Shown here piece by piece: positions 1 to 6,511 of a DNA stretch of 31,155 nt; the stretch's first letter is position 1, and the number at the start of each line of letters is the position of its first letter. The notes under the pieces were generated by a model that was given only the letters and a program-made list of their open reading frames with translations, ran no database searches and was not told the origin of the DNA. Source of the stretch: a virus (Duplodnaviria > Caudoviricetes); the IMG/VR virus record IMGVR_UViG_3300037313_000559, positions 1-31,155 of that record; one strand, written 5' to 3'. The translations under genes and the position numbers were made by a program.

Positions 1-363
1 GCTGAAGTGTCAGGGGTCAGCAGCATATCGACAACCGTGGCACTTATGCACGTCCTGGAGGATGAAGGCAGGATCGAGGTCAGGCGCTACCAAAAGAGCC
101 GAACCGTCATCATCAAGGAAACCGGACAGCAGACGGCTGAGCCGCGTGATCAGACGCCGCATTGGCGGGAGCTTGCGAGGGACACGCCAGCCCCCAGCGT
201 TGAGGCAGTCAAGCAGCGAGCGCCGACGATCGCCCAGGAAATTTTCTCCGAAGCGAAGCGGCTTAACAAGGCTCCGCAGCAATATCTGATCGACCTGGTT
301 TTGCTGGGCTGGGAAGTGGAAATTTGCCGACGCGATTCATCCGATATCCTGGCTGCGGCATAG
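1..363 (+). CDS. 5'-truncated winged-helix DNA-binding protein (LexA-DBD-like)
   Basis: Frame is open from base 1; GVSSISTTVALMHVLEDEGRIEVRR resembles a LexA-type recognition helix plus wing. Confidence 0.55.
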   Translation, partial: AEVSGVSSISTTVALMHVLEDEGRIEVRRYQKSRTVIIKETGQQTAEPRDQTPHWRELARDTPAPSVEAVKQRAPTIAQEIFSEAKRLNKAPQQYLIDLVLLGWEVEICRRDSSDILAAA

Positions 364-370
364 CACTCCG
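332..370 (+). promoter_or_regulatory. Putative late promoter, copy 1 (leaderless)
   Basis: GCGATTCAT at 332-340; CATAGC at 359-364; ATG 371 is 38 nt after C333; no SD. Confidence 0.65.
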
Positions 371-601
371 ATGGCGCGGCAAGTCTCTCGCGAGAACAGC
401 GGGCCCCCGGAACGGAAGGGTGCAATTCGCCCGGACGTGGTTGGGCTCCGTCAGCTCAATGAGAGGATTGTCGAGGACCGCCCAGACCCTGCCCGGCGCT
501 TGCTTGACGGCCCGCCAAGGCACTTGGGATTGAACGAAGCTGGGGAAATCGTCGAACAGTCGTTCGATGAGCTTCTGAAGAAACTGGACGGGACCGACTG
601 A
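371..601 (+). CDS. Hypothetical phage protein (76 aa)
   Basis: ATG at the predicted TSS; TGATG-coupled to the next ORF. Confidence 0.7.
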   Translation: MARQVSRENSGPPERKGAIRPDVVGLRQLNERIVEDRPDPARRLLDGPPRHLGLNEAGEIVEQSFDELLKKLDGTD

Positions 602-792
602 TGGCCATCGGGGAGGGGCATGGGGTGACCATCAGTCGCGCCGCCTTGCCGCAGTTCAAGGTGCCTGAGCCGATCGAGTACGAACGCATCGATCATTGGC
701 ACCGCCGTATCGGCCAAGAGCTGGAGCGCTGGGCGAACGAAGAGCTGGCACCGGCACTGGATGCTAGGGACGCGAGGGAAGGCAGGCAATGA
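601..792 (+). CDS. Hypothetical phage protein (63 aa)
   Basis: Translationally coupled at both ends. Confidence 0.6.
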   Translation: MAIGEGHGVTISRAALPQFKVPEPIEYERIDHWHRRIGQELERWANEELAPALDARDAREGRQ

Positions 793-1121
793 TGGCCTAT
801 GTCACTGATCATGCCGTGCTGATGTACCTGAAGCGCATTGAGGGCGTCGATGTGGAAGCGATCCGCCGCAAGCTGACGGTCGTGGCGATCGACACCGCCG
901 CGGCTTTCGGATGCAAGACAATCAAGATGGGCGCTGGCTTCAAGCTTAGGCTGCGCGGGGACGTGGTGACGACTATCACCGTGCCCAAACGCCGCCCGCA
1001 TCCGTCGCCGTCGCTGATCGTGGTTCCTGAGGATGCGATCGACGAAAGCCCGGTTGCCGATGCCGGCGCATATCTCACCGCTCCGATCGTCGAAGATGCC
1101 TATGTGCCGGAGGGAGCATGA
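789..1121 (+). CDS. Conserved phage protein, possibly RelE/BECR-like fold
   Basis: VTDHAVLMYLKRIEGVDVEAIR resembles the common phage xDHAxxRYLER family; the fold call is tentative. Confidence 0.6.
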   Translation: MMAYVTDHAVLMYLKRIEGVDVEAIRRKLTVVAIDTAAAFGCKTIKMGAGFKLRLRGDVVTTITVPKRRPHPSPSLIVVPEDAIDESPVADAGAYLTAPIVEDAYVPEGA

Positions 1122-1125
1122 ATGG

Positions 1126-1335
1126 TCACTCGTCGCTGGTCAGCCGATCCCAAAATGGCCGCTCAGGCGCCCTCGCCCATGGCGTCCCGTCCCGGCTCCG
1201 CTGTTCAAGCACTCGGACCTGGTAATTGGTTTCGACATCCCGATCACTCGCCTTGGTCGCAATGTCGATCAACCGAAGCTGAAGCCCGACGATACAGGCC
1301 AGCAAAGCAATGATGGTCAGCAGCATCCCGCGCAT
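1126..1335 (-). CDS. Small membrane-anchored moron protein (69 aa)
   Basis: GAGGGGG SD before ATG 1335; hydrophobic N-terminus MRGMLLTIIALLACIVGLQL; fills the gap on the opposite strand. Confidence 0.6.
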   Translation of the reverse strand: MRGMLLTIIALLACIVGLQLRLIDIATKASDRDVETNYQVRVLEQRSRDGTPWARAPERPFWDRLTSDE

Positions 1336-1385
1336 GGTCACCCCCTCAATAGAACAATCGAAATGCAATGCCTGATGTGAGTTGA

Positions 1386-1424
1386 GCGATTCAACCTGAA
1401 TGCGGCGATCCCCATAGGACAGCA
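1386..1424 (+). promoter_or_regulatory. Putative late promoter, copy 2 (terS)
   Basis: GCGATTCAA at 1386-1394; CATAGG at 1413-1418; predicted TSS about 1425, 28 nt before the terS ATG. Confidence 0.65.
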
Positions 1425-1452
1425 TTGCTATCAACGTTCAGGCTTGTGACCG

Positions 1453-1779
1453 ATGCCGTTTCAGAAAGGCCAGTCAGGAAACCCCGGAGGCAGAGCGAAA
1501 GTCGCCTTGCCCGATGGGACGACGATCACTGATCTTGCCCGCTCGCATACCGCTGAAGCGATCAAGACACTGGCGAACATCATGAAGAGTAAAAAGGCCC
1601 CAGAGGCTGCCCGCGTGTCTGCTGCGGCTGCCGTACTCGATCGCGGATGGGGACGGCCCCGGCAGGCTGTCGACCTGACCGTTGAGGATGTGCCAGGCGC
1701 CGCCGAAGCCTTGGAAGCTGCCCGCCGTGCCGCAGCTGAGCGGAACCGATCCCCGGAACAGTCGACCGCCAAGCACTAG
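1453..1779 (+). CDS. terS: Terminase small subunit (DUF5681-like N-terminus)
   Basis: MPFQKGQSGNPGGR and ARVSAAAAVLDRGWGRPRQ motifs; lies upstream of terL. Confidence 0.85.
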   Translation: MPFQKGQSGNPGGRAKVALPDGTTITDLARSHTAEAIKTLANIMKSKKAPEAARVSAAAAVLDRGWGRPRQAVDLTVEDVPGAAEALEAARRAAAERNRSPEQSTAKH

Positions 1780-1781
1780 CC

Positions 1782-1855
1782 TGCCTGTGGCACTGCTTGT
1801 GGCAATGCCCGTGGCGGTGCCTGTGTTCTGCCAAGTAGAAGCTGAAGCTGAAGGT
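1782..1855 (+). repeat. Four imperfect 12-bp tandem repeats followed by three GAAGST hexamers
   Basis: TGCCTGTGGCAC/TGCTTGTGGCAA/TGCCCGTGGCGG/TGCCTGTGTTCT at 1782-1829; GAAGCT GAAGCT GAAGGT at 1838-1855. Confidence 0.75.
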
Positions 1856-1938
1856 AAGGGAAGTATCCTAGCCAAAGAGCAGCGCAGACCTATGAAGGTA
1901 GGCGATGAGGATTGGTCGATCCGAACGAATGCCTGCCC

Positions 1939-1976
1939 TTGCAAAAACTCCTAAGGTGCCTTAGGGGAAATTGTAA
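1939..1976. promoter_or_regulatory. Dyad site, candidate serine-recombinase crossover site or operator
   Basis: TTGCAA-aaa-CTCCTAAGG-TG-CCTTAGGGG-aaa-TTGTAA; 2-bp centre at 1957-1958; immediately upstream of the recombinase RBS. Confidence 0.6.
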
Positions 1977-1985
1977 GGAGCGAGG

Positions 1986-2687
1986 ATGATGACCAAAGCA
2001 GTCGCCTATTACCGGGTTTCGACCCCCAAGCAGGGTGAAAGCGGGCTCGGCCTGGATGCCCAGCGCACCGCCGTCGAGGCGTTCTGTGCCAGCCGGGGCT
2101 TTACGCTGATCGCGCCGCCGTTTCAGGAAGTGGAAAGCGGCAAGCGTGACGATAGGCCGGAGCTGATGAAGGCGCTGGAGCGCTGCAAGATCACTGGCGC
2201 CACGCTGATCGTCGCCAAGCTCGACCGGCTCAGCCGCAACGTCGCGTTTCTCGCCACGCTCCAGGACAGCAGCGTCAAGTTCATCGCCGTCGACATGCCG
2301 GAAGCCAATGAGCTGACCGTCCACATTATGGCCGCCGTCGCTCAACAGGAACGCAAGGCGATATCCACCCGCACGAAGGAAGCGCTTGCCGCTGCGAAGG
2401 CTCGCGGCACCCGGCTGGGCAATCCCAATGGCGCGGCTGCGCTCCAACGGTTTGGCGCTGGCAAGGCTTCCCCGCTCGGTACTGCCGCCATCAAGGCGAA
2501 GGCCGACGAACATGCCCAGCGCCTTCGCCCGATCGTCGAGCAGATCAGGAAGGCCGGGCATGTCTCGCTTCCCTCGATCGCCAATGCGCTCAACGCCGAA
2601 GGCATCCTGACGCCACGCGGCCGGCAGTGGCATCCGTCCAGCGTCAGCAACCTTCTCGTTCGGCTCAACGCGCTCCAGTCCGCCTGA
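1986..2687 (+). CDS. Serine recombinase (resolvase/invertase catalytic domain plus C-terminal DNA-binding domain)
   Basis: AYYRVST..Q..SGLGL.AQ catalytic Ser motif, LIVAKLDRLSRN, ERKAISTRTKEAL, G.RLGNP; AAGGAG SD. Confidence 0.93.
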   Translation: MMTKAVAYYRVSTPKQGESGLGLDAQRTAVEAFCASRGFTLIAPPFQEVESGKRDDRPELMKALERCKITGATLIVAKLDRLSRNVAFLATLQDSSVKFIAVDMPEANELTVHIMAAVAQQERKAISTRTKEALAAAKARGTRLGNPNGAAALQRFGAGKASPLGTAAIKAKADEHAQRLRPIVEQIRKAGHVSLPSIANALNAEGILTPRGRQWHPSSVSNLLVRLNALQSA

Positions 2688-2691
2688 CGTA

Positions 2692-2730
2692 GCGATTCAA
2701 GGGCGGAGGCCCCTGCCCTAGCCCGTTGGC
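2692..2730 (+). promoter_or_regulatory. Putative late promoter, copy 3 (terL, leaderless)
   Basis: GCGATTCAA at 2692-2700; TAGCCC at 2719-2724; ATG 2731 is 38 nt after C2693. Confidence 0.75.
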
Positions 2731-4275
2731 ATGACAGCCGACGAGCTGAAGGCCAGCATCATTGCCGACCTGGGGCGCTTCACCCATGACCCCTATGGCT
2801 TCGTTCTCTGGGCCTATCCCTGGGGCGTCGAAGGTACGTCGCTGGCCAACGAAACCGGGCCCGACGAATGGCAGCGCGAGCAGCTGGAGGATATCGGCAG
2901 GCGGCTCGCTGATGATCCCTTCAAGATCGTCCAGGACGCGACCGCATCAGGGCACGGCATCGGCAAGTCGGCTGAGGTCTGCTGGCTGATCCACTGGGCC
3001 ATCATGACGCACGAGGACACCCGCGGCGTCGTCACTGCCAACACCGACACCCAGCTGCGGACCAAGACATGGGCCGAGTTGGCGAAGTGGCACGGCCTGC
3101 TTCGGTTCAAGCTGCTCCGCGACATGTTCAAGCTGGAGGCGACCAGCATTCATTCGACAGAGGACGGCAAGGATAAGACCTGGCGCATCGACGCCATCCC
3201 CTGGTCGGCTCAGAACACCGAAGCTTTCGCCGGCCTCCACAATGCCGGGAAGCGGACCATCTACCTGTTCGACGAAGCCAGCCGGATCGACGATCTGGTC
3301 TGGGATACCGCGTCGGGCGCCATGACCGACGAGCAGACCGAAATCATCTGGCTCGCCTATGGGAACCCGACCCGCAACACCGGGCGGTTCAAGGAAGCCG
3401 TGTCGGGCTCGCATCGCCACCTGTGGCGGCATCGGCAGATAGACAGTCGGAACGTCAAGCGGACCAACAAGACGCTGCTCCAGACCTGGATCGACGTGTA
3501 CGGCGATGACAGCGACTTCGTTCGGGTCCGGGTCAAGGGGCAGTTCCCCCGCGCCAGCTCAACCCAGTTCATTGCTTCCGATGTTGTCCAGGCGGCCCGC
3601 AAGAGGGAAGCGCCTGGCCTCACCACTGATCCGATCGTGTTCGGCGTCGACATCGCCCGCTTCGGGGATGATGACACCGTTCTGGCAATCCGCAGGGGCC
3701 GTGATGCCCGCGCGATCCCCTGGAAGCGTTGGAGCGGAGCTGACACGATGCACATTGCCGGTGAAGTCGCCATGGAGGCCCAGCGCTGGATGCCCGACGC
3801 CATCTTCGTCGATGTGGGGGCGATGGGGGCTGGCGTCATCGATCGCCTCAACCAGCTGGGGGTCGAGAACGTCTTTGAGGTCAACTTTGGCGGTGCCGGC
3901 CGCGAGGTCGAATGGGGCGGCGGGGTCCGCGTCAAGACCCGCAACAAGCGGTCGGAAATGTGGGTTTCGATGCGGCATTGGCTACGGCATGGCGCGATCC
4001 CCGATGACGACGACCTAGAGGCTGAGCTGATCGGCCCGGAATACGGCTATGGGCCGGACCAAATTTCGATCCAGCTGGAGCGCAAGGAGGACATGAAGAA
4101 GCGAGGGCTGGCCAGTCCGGATGCTGGCGATGCGCTTGCCCTGACCTTCGCTGAGTTCGTCCAGCCGCGGGAAGGGCTGCCGGAGCATCTGAAGCCGAGG
4201 AATTACGGCAAGGAAAAGCCTTATGACCGCTACCGGGAGCTGGACCAAGATGATAGATATGCGGAGCTGAGATGA
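2731..4275 (+). CDS. terL: Terminase large subunit
   Basis: Walker A ASGHGIGKS, Walker B IYLFDEAS, GNPTRNTG, RNase H-fold GVDIARFGDDDT and SPDAGDALALTFA. Confidence 0.97.
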   Translation: MTADELKASIIADLGRFTHDPYGFVLWAYPWGVEGTSLANETGPDEWQREQLEDIGRRLADDPFKIVQDATASGHGIGKSAEVCWLIHWAIMTHEDTRGVVTANTDTQLRTKTWAELAKWHGLLRFKLLRDMFKLEATSIHSTEDGKDKTWRIDAIPWSAQNTEAFAGLHNAGKRTIYLFDEASRIDDLVWDTASGAMTDEQTEIIWLAYGNPTRNTGRFKEAVSGSHRHLWRHRQIDSRNVKRTNKTLLQTWIDVYGDDSDFVRVRVKGQFPRASSTQFIASDVVQAARKREAPGLTTDPIVFGVDIARFGDDDTVLAIRRGRDARAIPWKRWSGADTMHIAGEVAMEAQRWMPDAIFVDVGAMGAGVIDRLNQLGVENVFEVNFGGAGREVEWGGGVRVKTRNKRSEMWVSMRHWLRHGAIPDDDDLEAELIGPEYGYGPDQISIQLERKEDMKKRGLASPDAGDALALTFAEFVQPREGLPEHLKPRNYGKEKPYDRYRELDQDDRYAELR

Positions 4276-4598
4276 CCGACACCCGTGAAATCACGCCTGA
4301 CGAGGCGATTGACCGCATTGGCGAGCGGGCTGAAGAGCTGAAGGCCGAATATACCGAACGGCTGGATGCCTTCGCCAACGAGCTTGTCCCGCCCATGCTG
4401 TCGAACAGCGAATATGCGGCCCGTTCTTCTGCCCTGCTGACCGCGCTCAACCGCGAATTGGCGCGCTGCGCTGCAAGCTTCGGCGAAGTCCACGGCGTTT
4501 CCGAAGAGGATATGGTCGGGCTGGTTGTCTCTGCCTTCAAGCGCAATTTCGTGACCGCTCGCAAAGCCCTCGACGGGGCCGGGCAGCTGATCCAGTAA
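4272..4598 (+). CDS. Hypothetical helical protein (108 aa)
   Basis: ATGA overlap with terL; typical codon usage. Confidence 0.75.
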   Translation: MTDTREITPDEAIDRIGERAEELKAEYTERLDAFANELVPPMLSNSEYAARSSALLTALNRELARCAASFGEVHGVSEEDMVGLVVSAFKRNFVTARKALDGAGQLIQ

Positions 4599-4798
4599 TG
4601 GTCCGCGTACCAAGCCCGCCGCTAAGCGATCCCGTCCAGCTACAGCGCTTCGTCGACTGGGCGCGGGGGAACAAGGCGGTACTGCATGTAGGTCACGAAG
4701 CGATGTGCCGAAAGGCTGGCATCGACCTAACCGGCGTTACTATTTCCCGGCTGATCCCGGAGCCGCCCGCAGAGCAAGAGGAACAGCCCGCGCCATGA
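4598..4798 (+). CDS. Hypothetical protein (66 aa)
   Basis: TAATG and ATGA coupling to both neighbours. Confidence 0.65.
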   Translation: MVRVPSPPLSDPVQLQRFVDWARGNKAVLHVGHEAMCRKAGIDLTGVTISRLIPEPPAEQEEQPAP

Positions 4799-5016
4799 CC
4801 ATCCGCAGCTTCACCGTTTCCCGCAACATCGACGCCACGGACGAAAGCGGCCAGCCGGTCAAGATCGCGCTGGCAAGCATCATTCACGAGAACGGCGTTG
4901 GGCAGACCGTGGCCATTCGCGAGGATCTGATTGCCTTCGCCGGAGAGGACATCATCGAAGTGGAAGTCATGCGAGCGGCCCAGTCCCCCGGACAGGTCCA
5001 GATCAAGGCTAATTAG
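4795..5016 (+). CDS. Hypothetical protein (73 aa, MTIRSFTVSRN...)
   Basis: ATG 4795 overlaps the upstream stop; in frame with track ORF 4705..5016. Confidence 0.7.
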   Translation: MTIRSFTVSRNIDATDESGQPVKIALASIIHENGVGQTVAIREDLIAFAGEDIIEVEVMRAAQSPGQVQIKAN

Positions 5017-5020
5017 CCCC

Positions 5021-5058
5021 CGATTCAATGGTCCGGGCGCTCGACCCATAAGGTTCGG
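5021..5058 (+). promoter_or_regulatory. Putative late promoter, copy 4 (drives the structured RNA)
   Basis: CGATTCAA at 5021-5028; CATAAG at 5047-5052; predicted TSS 5059 is the first base of a stem. Confidence 0.7.
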
Positions 5059-5160
5059 GCCGCTGGAGAGTACGCCCCCATTCGAAAGCGGCAGCTGCCC
5101 AAGGGTGGCCCGTCGATACGCCCCACGGTCGACGGGTCACTGCAACCTGAAAGACGGGCA
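5059..5160 (+). ncRNA. Candidate structured RNA or leader with two hairpins carrying identical UACGCCCC loops
   Basis: Stems GCCGCT 5059-64/AGCGGC 5087-92; GTGGCCCGTCGA 5105-16/TCGACGGGTCAC 5129-40; TGCCC 5096-100/GGGCA 5156-60. Confidence 0.6.
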
Positions 5161-5163
5161 AAT

Positions 5164-5361
5164 ATGTCTATGATAAATCAGACCGAAAGCTCAGCGAACC
5201 TAGAGGGTTACGAGATCACGCCGGAGATGGTTCAGGCCGGTGTGGAAGCTTTGGCGGATACGTCCGACGCTTCTTCGGCATTTCAGGCCAAGTCGGTTTT
5301 TCAAAGGATGATAGAGGTTGCTTTGGCCCCAGGAAGGACGCCAGCGCGTTCCGAGGGCTGA
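5164..5361 (+). CDS. Hypothetical protein (65 aa)
   Basis: EITPEMVQAG motif seen in small phage proteins; starts 3 nt after the RNA stem; no clear SD. Confidence 0.5.
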   Translation: MSMINQTESSANLEGYEITPEMVQAGVEALADTSDASSAFQAKSVFQRMIEVALAPGRTPARSEG

Positions 5362-5461
5362 CATACGATAACCGATCCCGCTTGACGGTCGGCTGACCCT
5401 GCTACTCCAGATTGCCATCGTCACCGCCGCCATCCTGTAACTGGCGGGAATGATCTAGCCC

Positions 5462-5500
5462 GCGATTCAACCCCTTGGCGGACGCGCATAGCCAAGGCGC
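5462..5500 (+). promoter_or_regulatory. Putative late promoter, copy 5 (leaderless)
   Basis: GCGATTCAA at 5462-5470; TAGCCA at 5489-5494; ATG 5501 is 38 nt after C5463. Confidence 0.75.
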
Positions 5501-5671
5501 ATGTCCATCATCTCAATCCTGCTCGTGCTGGTCGCAATCTATTGCGGCGGCAGCTGGCTGTTCCTGGCTTTCCGGAGCTTCCGGCACAACGAAAATTGGG
5601 AGCCAGAGACTTTCCATCTGGGCCTCTGCTTCATTCTCGCGATCGGCTTCCTTGGCCTGATGGGACGCTGA
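5501..5671 (+). CDS. Small two-TM membrane protein (56 aa; absent from the ORF track)
   Basis: MSIISILLVLVAIYCGGSWLFLAFRSFRHNENWEPETFHLGLCFILAIGFLGLMGR; ATG at the predicted TSS. Confidence 0.7.
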   Translation: MSIISILLVLVAIYCGGSWLFLAFRSFRHNENWEPETFHLGLCFILAIGFLGLMGR

Positions 5672-5673
5672 TC

Positions 5674-5904
5674 ATGTGCACCGCCTCCCTCCGCCAGCAA
5701 GTCGCCAACAAGACGGGCGGCTCAATCATCACCCCTGATCAAGGCCAGGGTCAGGGGCAGGCCGGCGCTCCACGCTACAAGGGTTTTCTGGGCGCGCTGA
5801 TCCGGGTCGCAACGGCCCAGCGGGATCGCCGGCTGGCCCGTGCCGCGTCCGGAGGGTCGGCCATCACACAGCCGATCAAATACGGCACCGTGACGGGCGG
5901 CTGA
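5674..5904 (+). CDS. Small MC...GG putative virion/ejection peptide 1 (76 aa)
   Basis: MCTASLRQQ...YGTVTGG; starts 2 nt after the upstream stop. Confidence 0.7.
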   Translation: MCTASLRQQVANKTGGSIITPDQGQGQGQAGAPRYKGFLGALIRVATAQRDRRLARAASGGSAITQPIKYGTVTGG

Positions 5905-5905
5905 C

Positions 5906-6085
5906 ATGTGCGTGAGCCCCCTTTCCGGCCTTGGTCTTGCCGGTTCGGCCGTAAAGAAAGCCGGTCCCCTCGCCCTGCTGAGCCCAGCCTTGGCGCTGTC
6001 CGGAGTGCTGAAAAAGAAAAAGCATCAGCCGCGCTTCGGCGGCGGCCCCAATGCTGACGGCTCAATCAGTCTGGCTGGAGGCTGA
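5906..6085 (+). CDS. Small MC...GG putative virion/ejection peptide 2 (59 aa; absent from the ORF track)
   Basis: MCVSPLSGLGLAGSAVKKAGPLALLSPALALSGVLKKKKHQPRFGGGPNADGSISLAGG; fills the gap with 1-nt and 2-nt spacing. Confidence 0.7.
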   Translation: MCVSPLSGLGLAGSAVKKAGPLALLSPALALSGVLKKKKHQPRFGGGPNADGSISLAGG

Positions 6086-6087
6086 CC

Positions 6088-6297
6088 ATGTGCGCTTTCA
6101 AGGCCCCGAAAATTCCAAAGACCCCGCCCGCCGCTGAGCGGCAAGCGATGCAGGCGCCGCGTGACGCGGTTGACCAACGGACTGGCCTGGCTGTCCGCCG
6201 ACGCCGCGGCATGTGGGCAAGCCTTTTCACCAGCCCGCAAGGCGTCGTCGGCGCTCCGACCGTCACCGGGATGAGCGGCGGGATGACCGGTGGCTGA
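6088..6297 (+). CDS. Small MC...GG virion peptide 3, T7 gp6.7/7.3-like pre-portal protein (69 aa)
   Basis: MCAFKAPKIPKTPP...RRRRG...GMTGG; GGAGG SD; pre-portal position. Confidence 0.8.
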   Translation: MCAFKAPKIPKTPPAAERQAMQAPRDAVDQRTGLAVRRRRGMWASLFTSPQGVVGAPTVTGMSGGMTGG

Positions 6298-6511
6298 GGG
6301 GACGATCGACATCATTCCTGAGCTGGAGTCGATCGCTGAGGCTTATCTCCCTCTCGGCGTCACAATCCTGTCGAAAGAGCCCTTCGGCGGTGCCCTCCGC
6401 CTGAAAATCCAGGGTGACGCGATCGAAGATGGCCGGGCTTACCAGCTGGTCATCACCGACGAGCCGATGCGCAAGTGCATCGAGCTGAAGCCGGGCGGCC
6501 CCGATGCCTGA
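6290..6511 (+). CDS. Hypothetical protein (73 aa)
   Basis: GTG start overlapping the upstream gene end; stop overlaps the portal start. Confidence 0.65.
   Translation: MAEGTIDIIPELESIAEAYLPLGVTILSKEPFGGALRLKIQGDAIEDGRAYQLVITDEPMRKCIELKPGGPDA

Noticed and set aside
1782-1829. CRISPR-like array
   Set aside because: Units are 12 bp, contiguous and degenerate, with no spacers or cas genes
1682-1954. 90-aa + strand ORF across the terS-recombinase gap
   Set aside because: Starts inside terS, lacks an SD and is largely explained by the DNA repeats
1986-2687. Recombinase as the prophage integrase or part of an IS607-type element
   Set aside because: Too short for a large serine integrase, no N-terminal MerR-like HTH or tnpB, and located mid late region
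5059-5160. tRNA or intrinsic terminator
   Set aside because: No cloverleaf, T-loop or CCA; no U-tract after the stems
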